DNA of 64,000 nucleotides. It comes from Eledone cirrhosa. Lineage: Eukaryota. The DNA lies in NCBI GenBank assembly GCA_964016885.1, contig OZ024766.1, positions 17,980,001 to 18,044,000 on the forward strand. Reading direction: 5' to 3'. The notes below the pieces were generated by a model. It saw nothing but the letters and a program-made list of their open reading frames with translations. It searched no databases and was not told the DNA's origin. Positions 14,177-27,578 of the stretch are shown here, one piece after another (position 1 is the first letter of the stretch; each line of letters starts with the position of its first letter). A program made the position numbers and the translations under genes.

Positions 14177-14297
14177 GTGTCTTACAGCATTGAAGGTTGG
14201 TTGGACAAAAATAAGGATCCAATCAATGAGAACGTCGTTGATTTACTCCAGAGCTCCAAGGAACATGTCGTGAAGGTCCTCTTTACACCTGCTGATG
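14177..14297 (+). CDS. Mhc: Mhc exon (VSYSIEGWLDKNKDPINE...FTPAD)
   Basis: atag|GTG...GAT G|gtcagt; 121 nt. Confidence 0.94.
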
Positions 14298-14324
14298 GTC
14301 AGTATAGCTCTTCTTTTTTAGCAC

Positions 14325-15680
14325 TCTCTCTTACTCTCTCTTATTCTCTCTCTCATATATGCTCCGCCACACTCTCTCACATTCTCTCTTATTATCTCAT
14401 ATACTCTCACATACTCTCACATACTCTCATTATCTCATATACTCTCATATACTCTCACATACTCTCTTATTATCTCATATACTCTCACATTCTCTCTTTT
14501 TATCTCATATACTCTCTCCCACTCTCTTATCTCATACACTCTCTCACACTCGCTTATTATCTCATATACTCTCACATACTCTCTTTTTATCTCATATACT
14601 CTCTCACACTCTCTTATTTCATACTCTCTCCCACTCTCTTATTATCTCATATACTCTCTCACACTCTCTTATTATCTCATACTCTCACATACTCTCTTAT
14701 TATCTCATATACTCTCTCTCACTCAGATTCTCACTCACACTCTCACACTCTCTTATCTCATATACTCTCTCACACTCTCTTATTATCTCATATACTCTCT
14801 CACACTCTCTTATTATCTCATACTCTCACATACTCTCTTATTATCTCATATACTCTCTCTCACTCAGACTCTCACTCACACTCTCACACTCTCTTATCTC
14901 ATATACTCTCTCACACTCTCTTATTATCTCATACTCTCACATACTCTCTTATCTCATATAATCTCTCTCACTCAGACTCTCACTCACACTCTCACACTCT
15001 CTTATCTCATATACTCTCTCACACTCTCTTATTATCTCATATACTCTCTCACACTCTCTTATTATCTCATATACTCTCTCACACTCTCTTATCTCATATA
15101 CTCTCTCACACTCTCTTATTATCTCATACTCTCACATACTCTCTTATTATCTCATATACTCTCTCTCACTCAGATTCTCACTCACACTCTCACACTCTCT
15201 TATCTCATATACTCTCTCACACTCTCTTATTATCTCATATACTCTCTCACACTCTCTTATTATCTCATACTCTCACATACTCTCTTATTATCTCATATAC
15301 TCTCTCTCACTCAGACTCTCACTCACACTCTCACACTCTCTTATCTCATATACTCTCTCACACTCTCTTATTATCTCATACTCTCACATACTCTCTTATC
15401 TCATATAATCTCTCTCACTCAGACTCTCACTCACACTCTCACACTCTCTTATCTCATATACTCTCTCACACTCTCTTATTATCTCATATACTCTCTCACA
15501 CTCTCTTATTATCTCATATACTCTCTCACACTCTCTTATCTCATATACTCTCTCACACTCTCTTATTATCTCATACTCTCACATACTCTCTTATTATCTC
15601 ATATACTCTCTCTCACTCAGACTCTCACTCTCGCTCTCACACTCACACTCTCACGCTCACTCTCACGCTCACTCTCACTC
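14325..15680. repeat. CT-rich minisatellite filling the intron
   Basis: ctctcttattatctcatatactctctcaca-type units with higher-order repeats. Confidence 0.92.
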
Positions 15681-15691
15681 TATTCCCCCAG

Positions 15692-15765
15692 ATCCCACAC
15701 CTGCCGGTGGTAAGAAGAAGAAGGGAAAGTCTGCAGCTTTCCAGACCATTTCGTCCACTCACAAG
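15692..15765 (+). CDS. Mhc: Mhc exon, loop 2 (DPTPAGGKKKKGKSAAFQTISSTHK)
   Basis: ccag|AT...AAG|gtaagg; 74 nt, phase 1-0; Lys-rich actin-binding loop. Confidence 0.94.
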
Positions 15766-15802
15766 GTAAGGCCCAACACCACTATATACATACATGTGTA
15801 TA

Positions 15803-15849
<47 letters not shown>

Positions 15850-15948
15850 TATGTGTATAGATATATATGTGTATATATATATATATTTATATATCTATAT
15901 CTATACACACATATATATATTATATATATGTATGTGTGTATATATATG

Positions 15949-16037
<89 letters not shown>

Positions 16038-16489
16038 ACACACATTTATATATATATATATATATATATATTCACATACACACACATATGCGCAAACACA
16101 TCATATTCCACTACCTAAAATATATATATATATATATTTATACATACACACACACATACACACACACACATATATATATATAGTCTAATCATTTCCGTCA
16201 TTTACACAATTATACACAGAAAACTCAAATTCATGAATACCTTAACAACCAAGATAGACGCCATGTCTATACATATATATACATATATAAATTAATAAAA
16301 ACAATGAATAAAAACAAAGAACAAGTTCCTCATATTAAAAAATTCATCATTTTACGATCGTTTCTAGGATATATATGTGTGTTGGTATGTATATGATATA
16401 GATCTATGTAAAAATATTACAAACTATCAGAGGAAATATACATACCTTCACGTATATTTTGGTAGATTTATCTATATATACATATATAT

Positions 16490-16866
16490 ATATTGTTATG
16501 CTTTGGGAGGGTCATGTTGCCAATAAGAAACACACGCACCAGTTGCTTTCACTCCAATTTATTATAAATTACATTTATAAATTTCCGGTTGGTTGGCCGG
16601 CTCCACAACCAGACGGCTGTTCACATACCGTCAAAGTTCTCTCGTCACACATTCTGTGACCTCTTCAGTGACATGGAAGCAACCGGAAATTTATAAATTC
16701 TTAAATTTATAAATTTAATTCATGAATTTAATTTATAATAAATTGGAGTGAAAGCAACTGGTGCGTGTGTTTCTTATTGGCAACATGACCCTCCCAAAGT
16801 ATAACAATATCGGTTTCAACACACGTTTTCAGATAAAGAATCTTGCTAAACAAATTCAGAAACGAA

Positions 16867-16898
<32 letters not shown>

Positions 16899-17200
16899 AT
16901 ACTTTGGGAGGGTCATGTTGCCAATAAGAAACACACGCACCAGTTGCTTTCACTCCAATTTATTATAAATTAAATTTATAAATTTAAGAATTTATAAATT
17001 TCCGGTTGGTTGGTTGGTTCCACAACCGGACGGTTGTTCATATATTGTCAAAGTTCTTTCGTCACACGTTCTGTGACCTCTTCAGTGACTGGTGCGTGTG
17101 TTTCTTATTGGCAACATGACCCTCCCAAAGTATAACAATATCGGTTTCAACACACGTTTTCAGATAAAGAATCTTGCTAAACAAATTCAGAAACGACATA
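16490..17200. mobile_element. Tandem pair of fold-back repeat units (Penelope-like remnant) with degenerate minus-strand hammerhead cores
   Basis: The segment ...ctttgggagggtcatgttgccaataagaaacacacgcaccag occurs in +,-,+,- order; rc gtcaCTGAAGAggtcac..gtgacGAAA near 17050-17089. Confidence 0.65.
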
Positions 17201-17260
17201 TATACATATATATATATATATTTTCATTATTTTTTCCGCTTTTTTTTCCCGTGCTTCTAG

Positions 17261-17348
17261 GAATCTTTGAACAAACTCATGAAAAATTTGTACAGCACAC
17301 ATCCACATTTTGTGCGTTGTATTATCCCCAACGAATTCAAACAGCCAG
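17261..17348 (+). CDS. Mhc: Mhc mutually exclusive exon, variant a ([29 protein letters not shown])
   Basis: ctag|GAA...CCA G|gtaaat; 88 nt, phase 0-1. Confidence 0.94.
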
Positions 17349-18256
17349 GTAAATTTACCCTATTGAGTACTGACAGCACTAAAGATCCTTTCCTGCAGAC
17401 CGGCACCAGTGCGCCGCCGCTGCATTTTTGCCTGTCTCCTCCGAGTCTTACCAGTGTCTTGTATATGCTGGTTTGGTTTGCAGTGCTGTGCAGTAGAGTG
17501 AACCCCCCACTCTTTTCCTCCTCCCTCACCTGTCTTTTTAATTTTTTTTTTTTTTCAGTGAAATCTAATACAACCTAACCTGAACCTAACCTGAACCTAA
17601 TCTGAACCTAATCGAACCTAATCGAATTTAATCAAAATATTATCGAACCGAGCCCGGTGAAAGATTGTTCTGTCTAACATTTTAGTAAAAAAAAAATATA
17701 TATATAATTAATCATTAATTAAAAAATTATTTAATACCCTGTTTGGTTTTTACATAACTACAGTTATATATATATATAATATATATATATAATTATATAT
17801 ATTATAAATATATTATATATATTATAAATATATTATATATATTATAAATATATTATATATATTATAAATATATTATAAATATATTATAAATATATTATAT
17901 ATATATTATATATATATTATAAATATATTATATATATTATAAATATATTATATATATATATATATTATAAATATATTATAAATATATTATATATATATTA
18001 TAAATATATTATAAATATATTATAAATATATTATAAATATATTATAAATATATTATAAATATATTATAAATATATTATAAATATATTATATATATATTAT
18101 AAATATATTATAAATATATTATATATATTATAAATATATTATATATATTATAAATATATTATATATATATTATAAATATATTATATATATATATTATAAA
18201 TATATTATATATATATTATAAATATATTATATATATATATTATATATATATTTTAA

Positions 18257-18304
<48 letters not shown>

Positions 18305-18504
18305 GCAACATAACATTCTTTACTTACATATAATAATTTTCGTGTGCACACCCGTTTTCTCTCCCTTTTCACCATCTTAGTTCTCTGGACACGTCCACCA
18401 ATGTTACACCATTTATATGTGTTCAGTTGTCTTAATAATAATAATCGTGTTATTTTTGGTTTTGTTTGTTGTTTGATTTTTTTTATTTGGTTATAATTTT
18501 TGTT

Positions 18505-18563
<59 letters not shown>

Positions 18564-19079
18564 TATATGTATATACACACACACGTTTGTGCATATATAT
18601 ATATATATGTATCTGTGTGTGTATATATATATATGTATGTGTGTATATATGTAGGTGTATATATGTATATATATGTGTGTATGTATATATATGTGTATAT
18701 ATATGTGTATATATATATGTGTATATATGTATGTGTGTATATATGTATGTGTATATATATATATGTGTATGTATATATATATATGTGTGTATATATGTAT
18801 GTGTATATATATGTATGTGTATATATATATATATGTGTATGTGTATATATATATGTGTATGTATATATATATATGTGTATATATATATATATATGTGTGT
18901 ATATATATATATATATGTGTATATATATATATGTGTATATATATATGTGTATATATATATATGTGTGTATATATATATATATATATGTGTGTATATATAT
19001 GTATGTGTGTATATATATATATATATATGTGTATATATGTATGTGTGTATATATGTATGTGTATATATATATGTATGTG

Positions 19080-19110
<31 letters not shown>

Positions 19111-19367
19111 GTGTGTGTATATATATATGTATGTATGTGTGTATATATATATGTATGTATGTGTGTATATATATATGTATATATGTATGTATGTGTGTGT
19201 ATATATATATATATGTATGTGTGTATATATATATATATATGTATGTGTGTATATATATATATATATGTATGTGTGTATATATATATATATATGTATGTGT
19301 GTATATATATATATATGTATGTGTGTATATATATATGTATGTGTGTATATATATATGTATGTGTGTA

Positions 19368-19402
<35 letters not shown>

Positions 19403-19493
19403 GTGTGTGTATATATATATATATGTGTATATATATATATATATATGTATGTGTGTATATGTGTATGTATGTATGCATATATATGTGAATGTA

Positions 19494-19534
<41 letters not shown>

Positions 19535-19775
19535 ATTTTCAATTAATATTTTTCACAAATAATATCTAAACCTTTCCGTTCTAGAACTTTCCAGAACTTC
19601 CTGTCTCGCACACATAACCCACAATCTTTCCCTCTTTTTCCTACATTAATTTCTTTTTTTCTTTCTTTCTTTCTTTCTTTCCTTTTTTTTTCTTTATTTT
19701 TAAAATAGTTTTCAAGATTAACGTTTCTTTTTTGTTTTACCTCCTAATCTAACAACATACACATCTATACATACA

Positions 19776-19850
<75 letters not shown>

Positions 19851-19853
<3 letters not shown>

Positions 19854-20416
19854 ACTCAGTCAGATGGTGGATGGGTGCTACACGAGAATGCTGAGGATGG
19901 CTCTGAACATTAATCAGTATACACTGAGGATGAAGAACTCAGAGCTGTATGGGAGCCTCCCAAATGTCAGGTCAAAAGTGACACAGAGGAGACTGAGGTT
20001 AGCTGGACATGCTCACCGACATCCAGAGTAGACACTGCACTCAGTGCTCCTGTGGGAGCCCCTGCATTGACACACTGGAAGAGGGAGACTGAGGTTAGCT
20101 GGACATGCTCACCGACATCCAGAGTAGACATTGCACTCAGTGCTCCTGTGGGGAACCCCTACATGGACACACTGGAAGAGGGAGACTGAGGTTAGCTGGA
20201 CATGCTCACCGACATCCAGAGTTGACACTGCACTCAGTGCTCCTGTGGGAGCCCCTACATGGACACACTGGAAGAGGAAGACCAAGGTTAACGTATGCTG
20301 TTGCCCTAAGGACAGACACTGGTCTGTTGGAGACGCAGGACATGGCAGCGATAATGAGGGACAGAGACCGCTGGAGAGAACTCGTCCATGGATCTCGGGA
20401 ATTTTACCTGTCCTAG
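19851..20416 (+). mobile_element. 3' fragment of an RTE-clade LINE with internal ~90 bp triplication
   Basis: Translates DGCYTRMLRMAL...RRLRLAGHAHRHPE...GRGRPRLTY...MRDRDRWRELV, typical of the RTE ORF C-terminus. Confidence 0.8.
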
Positions 20417-20432
20417 AGATACATATTTATAT

Positions 20433-20512
<80 letters not shown>

Positions 20513-20699
20513 CATATATATATCAATAATAACCATAGCCATAACAACTACAATAATGATATAGTTGTAACCTTAGTATTTGTGTGGTATTTTTTTGTGT
20601 TTTTTATTTGTGTGGTTTTTAAAATAATATTTAAAATGTCTTTTTTTTTTTTAATTGTTTTCTTTCTTAAACATGGATACCTAAATATATTCGAAAGTG

Positions 20700-21132
20700 A
20701 ATAATAATTGTTTCTACGTTTGGGGGCACAAGGCCAGCAATTACCCCAGTGTATTACTGGTACTTTATTTTACCGACCCCGTAATAATTGTTTCTACTTT
20801 TGGGGGCACAAGGCCAGCAATAACCCCAGTGTATTACTGGTACTTTATTTTATCGACCCCCGCAAGGACGAAAGAAAGGCAAAGTTAACCTCGGCATGAT
20901 TTGTACTGAGAACGTAAAGGGCCATAACTCTATGCCGCAAAGCATGACGTCCGACGCTCTACAGATTCTGCTAATCCAAAACATTAATAATTGTTTCTAC
21001 TTTTGGGGCCACAAGGCCAGCAATTACCCCAGTGTATTACTGGTACTTTATGTTATCGACCCCGTAAGGATGAAAGGCAAAATTAACCTCGGCGGGATTT
21101 GAACTCAGAAGTAAAGGGCCATAACTCCATGA

Positions 21133-21135
<3 letters not shown>
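20700..21135 (-). mobile_element. Cluster of tandem partial SINE copies (second family)
   Basis: Three copies of aattgtttctac..cacaaggccagcaattaccccagtgtattactggtac; rc B-box gagttcaaatccc. Confidence 0.8.
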
Positions 21136-21168
<33 letters not shown>

Positions 21169-21425
21169 CTCGCGAATATATTTTTTAAATACTCTCAAAA
21201 CTAATGTTTTCTCTTTCTTTTTCCTCTCCTTTCTTTTGTTATTAATTTCTTTCTTTGTTTTTTTTGTTGTTGTTTGTATTTCTACTTCCTCTCACCTTTT
21301 TTCTTCTTTTTTTATCTTTTTTTGTCTTTCTTTCTTTCTGTCTTTTTCTTCCCATTAAACGCATGCGCTGCTGTGCCGTGTGTTTGCTGTGTCGTGTGTG
21401 TATATATATATAATATATCCTGTAG

Positions 21426-21513
21426 GAATCACTTAACAAACTGATGACACACCTCAGGTCAACAAACCCCCATTTTGTACGTTGCATTGTGCCCAATGAG
21501 AAAAAAGCTCCAG
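21426..21513 (+). CDS. Mhc: Mhc mutually exclusive exon, variant b ([29 protein letters not shown])
   Basis: gtag|GAA...CCA G|gtaaga; 88 nt, same phase as variant a; absent from the + strand ORF track. Confidence 0.92.
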
Positions 21514-22240
21514 GTAAGACTGAAAAAAAAATAAAAATTAAAAAAAACCGAAACGCTAAACGTGAAAAATAAAATTCTAAAACGCTATGGGATTCTTTTT
21601 TAAATTGCTACGAAAAAATTTTAAATTGCTACGAAAAAATTTTAAAATGCTACGAAAAACTTTTAAATTGCTACGAACAACTTTTAAATTGTTACGAGAA
21701 AATTTTAAATTGCTATGAAAAAAGTTTTAAATGCTATGGAAAATGTTTTAAATTGGTATGGAGAAAGTTTTAAATTGCTATGAAAAAAATTTTAATTGCT
21801 ATGAAAAAATGTTTTTCAAAATTTGTAAAAATAAAAACATTTTTAAAACGCTATGAAAAATTTTTTTAAAGGGGTAGTAAAAAATTTTTTTTTGGTGGGG
21901 GGGAATATATGAAAAGAAATGGGTGAATATACAATAAAATAATGCAAAATAAACGTAGAAGGGATTTCAACGGGGTCTGTTTGATTTTAGCGACCCATTG
22001 TAGAAATAAAAAGAGAAAGTCTTGCAAAGGCAGTATTTACCTTTAGCGTCGCACGCTCTTTCTATATAGCATTTCAAACAAATTTAACGGGGTCTGGTTG
22101 ACTTTAGCGTCGCACGCTCTTACTATATAGCATTTCAAACAAATTTAACGGGGTCTGGTTGACTTTAGCGTCGCACGCTCTTTCTATATAGCATTTCAAA
22201 CAAATTTAACGGGTGTCTGGTTGAGTTTAGCGACCAAATG

Positions 22241-22324
22241 TATTGGTGCTGTAACATAAATTCCCGTCGATTCTTTATTAAGAATTTGTATAACAACGGC
22301 GGGAATCTATGTTATAACCCGATA
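22241..22324. mobile_element. Small mariner-like MITE remnant
   Basis: TA-flanked imperfect TIRs tattggtgctgtaacataaattcccgtcg / cggcgggaatctatgttataacccgata. Confidence 0.55.
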
Positions 22325-22593
22325 GAAAGAAACAGGAGAAGTCTTTCAACGGCAGTATTGAACTTTAACGTCCCACTTTCTTACACTTTTCTTTTTGTTT
22401 AACAATTGCGTGTCACTAAATATGTAGATGTAGTTAACACTTTAGCCTTGTGGACCCTTTTTAGGGAACTCTTTCCTTAACCCCTTTCTTAACACCAGAC
22501 TAGCCATGACGTCTAGTTCCCCTGTTTCATATTATTTATAAACTTTGTATGTGTATGTATGTGTATGTATGTATGTATGTATGTATGTGTATG

Positions 22594-22694
<101 letters not shown>

Positions 22695-23032
22695 GTGTAT
22701 ATATATGTATGTATATATGTATGTATATATGTATGTATATATGTATGTATATATGTATGTATATATGTATGTATATATGTGTGTATATATGTGTGTATGT
22801 GTATATATGTGTGTATATATATGTGTGTATATATATATGTGTATATATATATGTGTATATATATGTGTGTATATATATATGTGTATATATATGTGTGTAT
22901 ATATATGTGTGTGTGTATATATGTGTGTGTGTATATATATGTGTGTATATATATATGTGTGTATATATATATATGTGTATATATATATATGTGTATATAT
23001 ATGTATGTATGTATATATATATATGTATGTAT

Positions 23033-23063
<31 letters not shown>

Positions 23064-23630
23064 TGTATATATGTATATGTATGTATATATGTATATGTAT
23101 GTATATATGTATATGTATGTATATATGTATATATATATATGTATGTATATATGTATGTATATATGTATATATATATATGTATGTATATATGTATATATAT
23201 ATATGTATGTATATATGTATGTATATATGTATATATATATATGTATGTATATATGTATATATATATATGTATATATATGTATGTATATATGTATATATAT
23301 ATATGTATATATATATATGTATGTATATATATATATGTATGTATATATATATATGTATGTATGTATGTATATATATATGTATATATAATGAGAGTGAGGT
23401 GTGTGGATTACTTTTGCATTCACATCGGATGAGCTTAATTTAATCAGTCGATTTACTTGTTGCGTGAGCAAGGTGTAACAATATATAGTATCGAGCCATT
23501 CTGTTGTGAAACACGTGCCGTACATATATATATATGTGTATATGTATGTGTATATGTATGTGTGTGTATATATATGTATGTGTGTGTGTATAGATATATA
23601 TGTATGTGTATATATATGTGTATATATATA

Positions 23631-23695
<65 letters not shown>

Positions 23696-23700
23696 GAATA

Positions 23701-23735
<35 letters not shown>

Positions 23736-23812
23736 GTGTGTGTATATATATATATATATATGTGTGTGTATATATATATATGTATATGTGTGTGTGTGTG
23801 TGTATATATATA

Positions 23813-23866
<54 letters not shown>

Positions 23867-23869
23867 TAT

Positions 23870-23914
<45 letters not shown>

Positions 23915-24436
23915 TATGTGTGTGTGTGTATATATATATATATATTTATACACACATACATATTCATATATATAAATATATATACATATATGTATGTATG
24001 TGTATATATATATATGTCTGTGTGTATGTATGTATCTATGTATATAATATGTGAGTGTCTGTGTGTATGTATGTGTGTATAAATATATATGTGTATATAT
24101 ATATATATATATGTGTATGTATGTATCTATGTATATAATATATGTGAGTGTCTGTGTGTCTTATTCAGTGATTTTGTAAATTAATGGAGTTGAAACCAAT
24201 ATATATACACCATAAAGTTTCACATTAATGTTATTATCACTGATTATCAATCGTTACGCAAGTTTCGGTGATGGTTGGCTCAATGTCTATATGAATATTA
24301 TGGACTCGATCCAATCTCAGTATCGCTCAGCTCATCATATGTTCCGTGTGGTGTTGTATGCTTATGGGTGTTTGCTGTGCTCTATGGGTTCGGTTATAGT
24401 TCTCTCAATGGTGTTGTTGTTGTTGTTGTTTCACAG

Positions 24437-24554
24437 GTCTCATTGACGCCGCTTTGGTACTTCACCAGCTCCGTTGTAACGGTGTATTGGAAGGTATCCG
24501 TATTTGCAGAAAGGGATTCCCCAACAGAATCATCTACTCTGAGTTTAAACAACG
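24437..24554 (+). CDS. Mhc: Mhc exon, SH2/SH1 helix ([40 protein letters not shown])
   Basis: acag|GT...CG|gtaagt; 118 nt. Confidence 0.96.
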
Positions 24555-24629
24555 GTAAGTAGTAATAGTAATAATAATAATAATAATAGTAATTATAATA
24601 GAAAGAATTGCTACATCCATCCATACTTA

Positions 24630-25512
24630 TATATATATACTTATATATATATAATTTTGGTATGCTTATATACATTTCTTCTTCTAACTTTGATTTTATA
24701 CCTAATTGTGTAGAGTTGACGATATATTTAATCGATTTCCACGTGCTATTAGAAATCCTGGGTAAATATTCTATAGCTGTTGATCGCGATTAGATGGCTG
24801 TCGTTTATTTATCTATATATAATTTCGTTTACTTATATATATATAATTTATCTATATATAATGTCGTTTACTTATATATATATAATTTTGGTATGCTTAT
24901 ATACATTTCTTCTTCAAACTTTGATTTTATACCTAATTGTGTAGGGTTGACGATATATTTAATCGATTTCCACGTGCTATTAGAAATGCTGGGTAAATAT
25001 TCTATAGCTGTTGATCGCGATTAGATGGCTGTCGTTTATTTATCTATATATAATTTCGTTTACTTATATATATATAATTTATCTATATATAATGTCGTTT
25101 ACTTGTATATATATAATTTTGGTATGCTTATATACATTTCTTCTTCTAACTTTGATTTTATACCTAATTGTGTAGGGTTGACGATATATTTAATCGATTT
25201 CCACGTGCTATTAGAAATGCTGGGTAAATATTCTATAGCTGTTGATCGCGATTAGATGGCTGTCGTTTATTTATCTATATATAATTTCGTTTACTTATAT
25301 ATATATATAATTTATCTATATATAATGTCGTTTACTTGTATATATATAATTTTGGTATGCTTATATACATTTCTTCTTCTAACTTTGATTTTATACCTAA
25401 TTGTGTAGGGTTGACGATATATTTAATCGATTTCCACGTGCTATTAGAAATGCTGGGTAAATATTCTATAGCTGTTGATCGCGATTAGATGGCTGTCGTT
25501 TATTTATCTATT
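24630..25512. repeat. 231 bp tandem repeat (about 4 copies); diverged single copy at about 29230-29490
   Basis: Near-identical ORFs at 24794 and 25025 are 231 bp apart. Confidence 0.9.
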
Positions 25513-25679
25513 ATTTCTTCATAGGTGCCTTTTAATCTTATAGCCTTGTTTAATTGTTTTTTTTTTGTGTGTGTGTGGTTGATTATGCTGATTGGGAGAG
25601 GAAATGGTGTATATATTTTATCAAATGATTCTATGGACATACTTTATTGTATATATATATATATATGTGTGTATATATA

Positions 25680-25723
<44 letters not shown>

Positions 25724-25933
25724 TGTGTGTGTGTGTATACACATTTATACATATATATTTATATGCATGAATATATTCACACACATATATACATATTTAT
25801 GTATACACACACACACACATGTATGTATGTATATAAATATATGTATGTTTGTGTGCATGTATACACACACACATTATATATGTATGTATGTATATAAATA
25901 TATGTATGTTTGTGTGCATGTATACACACACAC

Positions 25934-25971
<38 letters not shown>

Positions 25972-26782
25972 TAAATTAGCGAGAATCGTTTTCAGCTCAG
26001 GAATTAACGAAAATCAACGTCCGATATGTGTGGCAAGCGCTCGATGAATCATATGAATCAGAGCTACAACATACGTTAAGGGCCAAACACACTGAGATGA
26101 TGGTTAAACATATCATCCGCACAGCCAAAACAAAACGACCAAGTAATTCGGGTCAAACAATAAAAATATATGTGTTGATACTTTCCTGGACCCTGGACTG
26201 ATGGTAAAATCCAGTATTGGTTTCTGCGACTCCAAAATCAGGTACTGTCCGCCTACATAAAGAATGTTGGGCTTCTGGTGAGATGATGAACAAGGCAGTC
26301 GTGTTATCAACGGGTTTTGCTCCAAGATGCTATAGATAGTGTGGCTATTACTGACCCCTCGTGGGATTCAGCAAGGGAGGTAACACCTCTATTAAGCGAA
26401 TGATTCAGTTGTGTATTATTGCGAGAATGCAAAATATCACAAATCGAATAAAGCTCTCGACAGAATAGTTAAATATATATATATATATAAACAATATATA
26501 TATATATATAAACAATATATAATAATAATAATTGTGTAAAGTGCTCAGGTGCACTACAACTCGCCAAAGGTGCATGCACAGCACACAGAATAATACACAA
26601 ATGTCAGGGAAGTGAACAGTATATGAGTCACGATATACATGTGTGTATGTGTATGGAGGGGGAACATTAGGTGTAGCCTTAGAAATATTACAACTCCTAA
26701 GAAAAGAATCCATGAATATATATAAACAATCGATTTCTAGTTGATATATCAATATCTATATTTTATCTTCCTTTTCCAATAG

Positions 26783-27040
26783 TTACTCCATATTGGCCCC
26801 TAACGCTGTCCCCACTGGTTTCGCTGATGGTAAATTGGTAACTGAGAAAGTACTTCTCGCTCTCCAACTTGACCAAAATGAATATCGTCTTGGTACCACC
26901 AAAGTCTTCTTCAAAGCTGGTGTCTTGGGTATGCTTGAAGACATGCGTGACGAGCGCTTGTCCAAAATTATAGCCATGTTCCAGGCCCACATCCGAGGCT
27001 ATCTCATGAGAAAAGCCTACAAGAAACTGCAGGACCAAAG
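26783..27040 (+). CDS. Mhc: Mhc exon, converter and IQ1 (YSILAPNAVP...FQAHIRGYLMRKAYKKLQDQ)
   Basis: atag|T TAC...CAA AG|gtgagc; 258 nt. Confidence 0.95.
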
Positions 27041-27139
27041 GTGAGCTTTTCATAAAGTTAAACCCCACATTTCAATTACAACTCTTTGTATCTCAGCTTC
27101 TAACTTCAACTACAATAATTTCAGTCCCTTTATTTCAAC

Positions 27140-27515
27140 TTCTAACTTCAAATACAACCCTTTCTAACTTCAAATACAACCTTTTCTAATCTAACTTCAA
27201 ATACAACCCTTTCTAACTTCAAATACAACCCTTTCTAACTTCAAATACAACCCTTTCTAACTTCAAATACAACCCTTTCTAACTTCAAATACAACCCTTT
27301 CTAACTTCAAATACAACCCATTCTAACTTCAAATACAACCCATTCTAAGTCCAAATACAACCCATTCTAAGTCCAAATACAACCCATTCTAACTTCAAAT
27401 ACAACCCATTCTAACTTCAAATACAACCCATTCTAACTTCAAATACAACCCTTTCTAACTTCAAATACAACCTTTTCTAATCTAACTTCAAATACAACCC
27501 TTTCTAACTTCAAAT
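27140..27515. repeat. 21 bp minisatellite (ttctaacttcaaatacaaccc)n
   Basis: About 18 tandem copies. Confidence 0.92.
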
Positions 27516-27578
27516 CCAACACTTTTATCACAGCTCGTAACCGCAATTACAATCCTTTCTAATTTGTGTTTGTTTCAG

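Noticed and set aside
14177-15769. 530 aa ORF
   Set aside because: Only 14177-14297 is exonic in this frame; the rest is read-through into a CT-rich minisatellite
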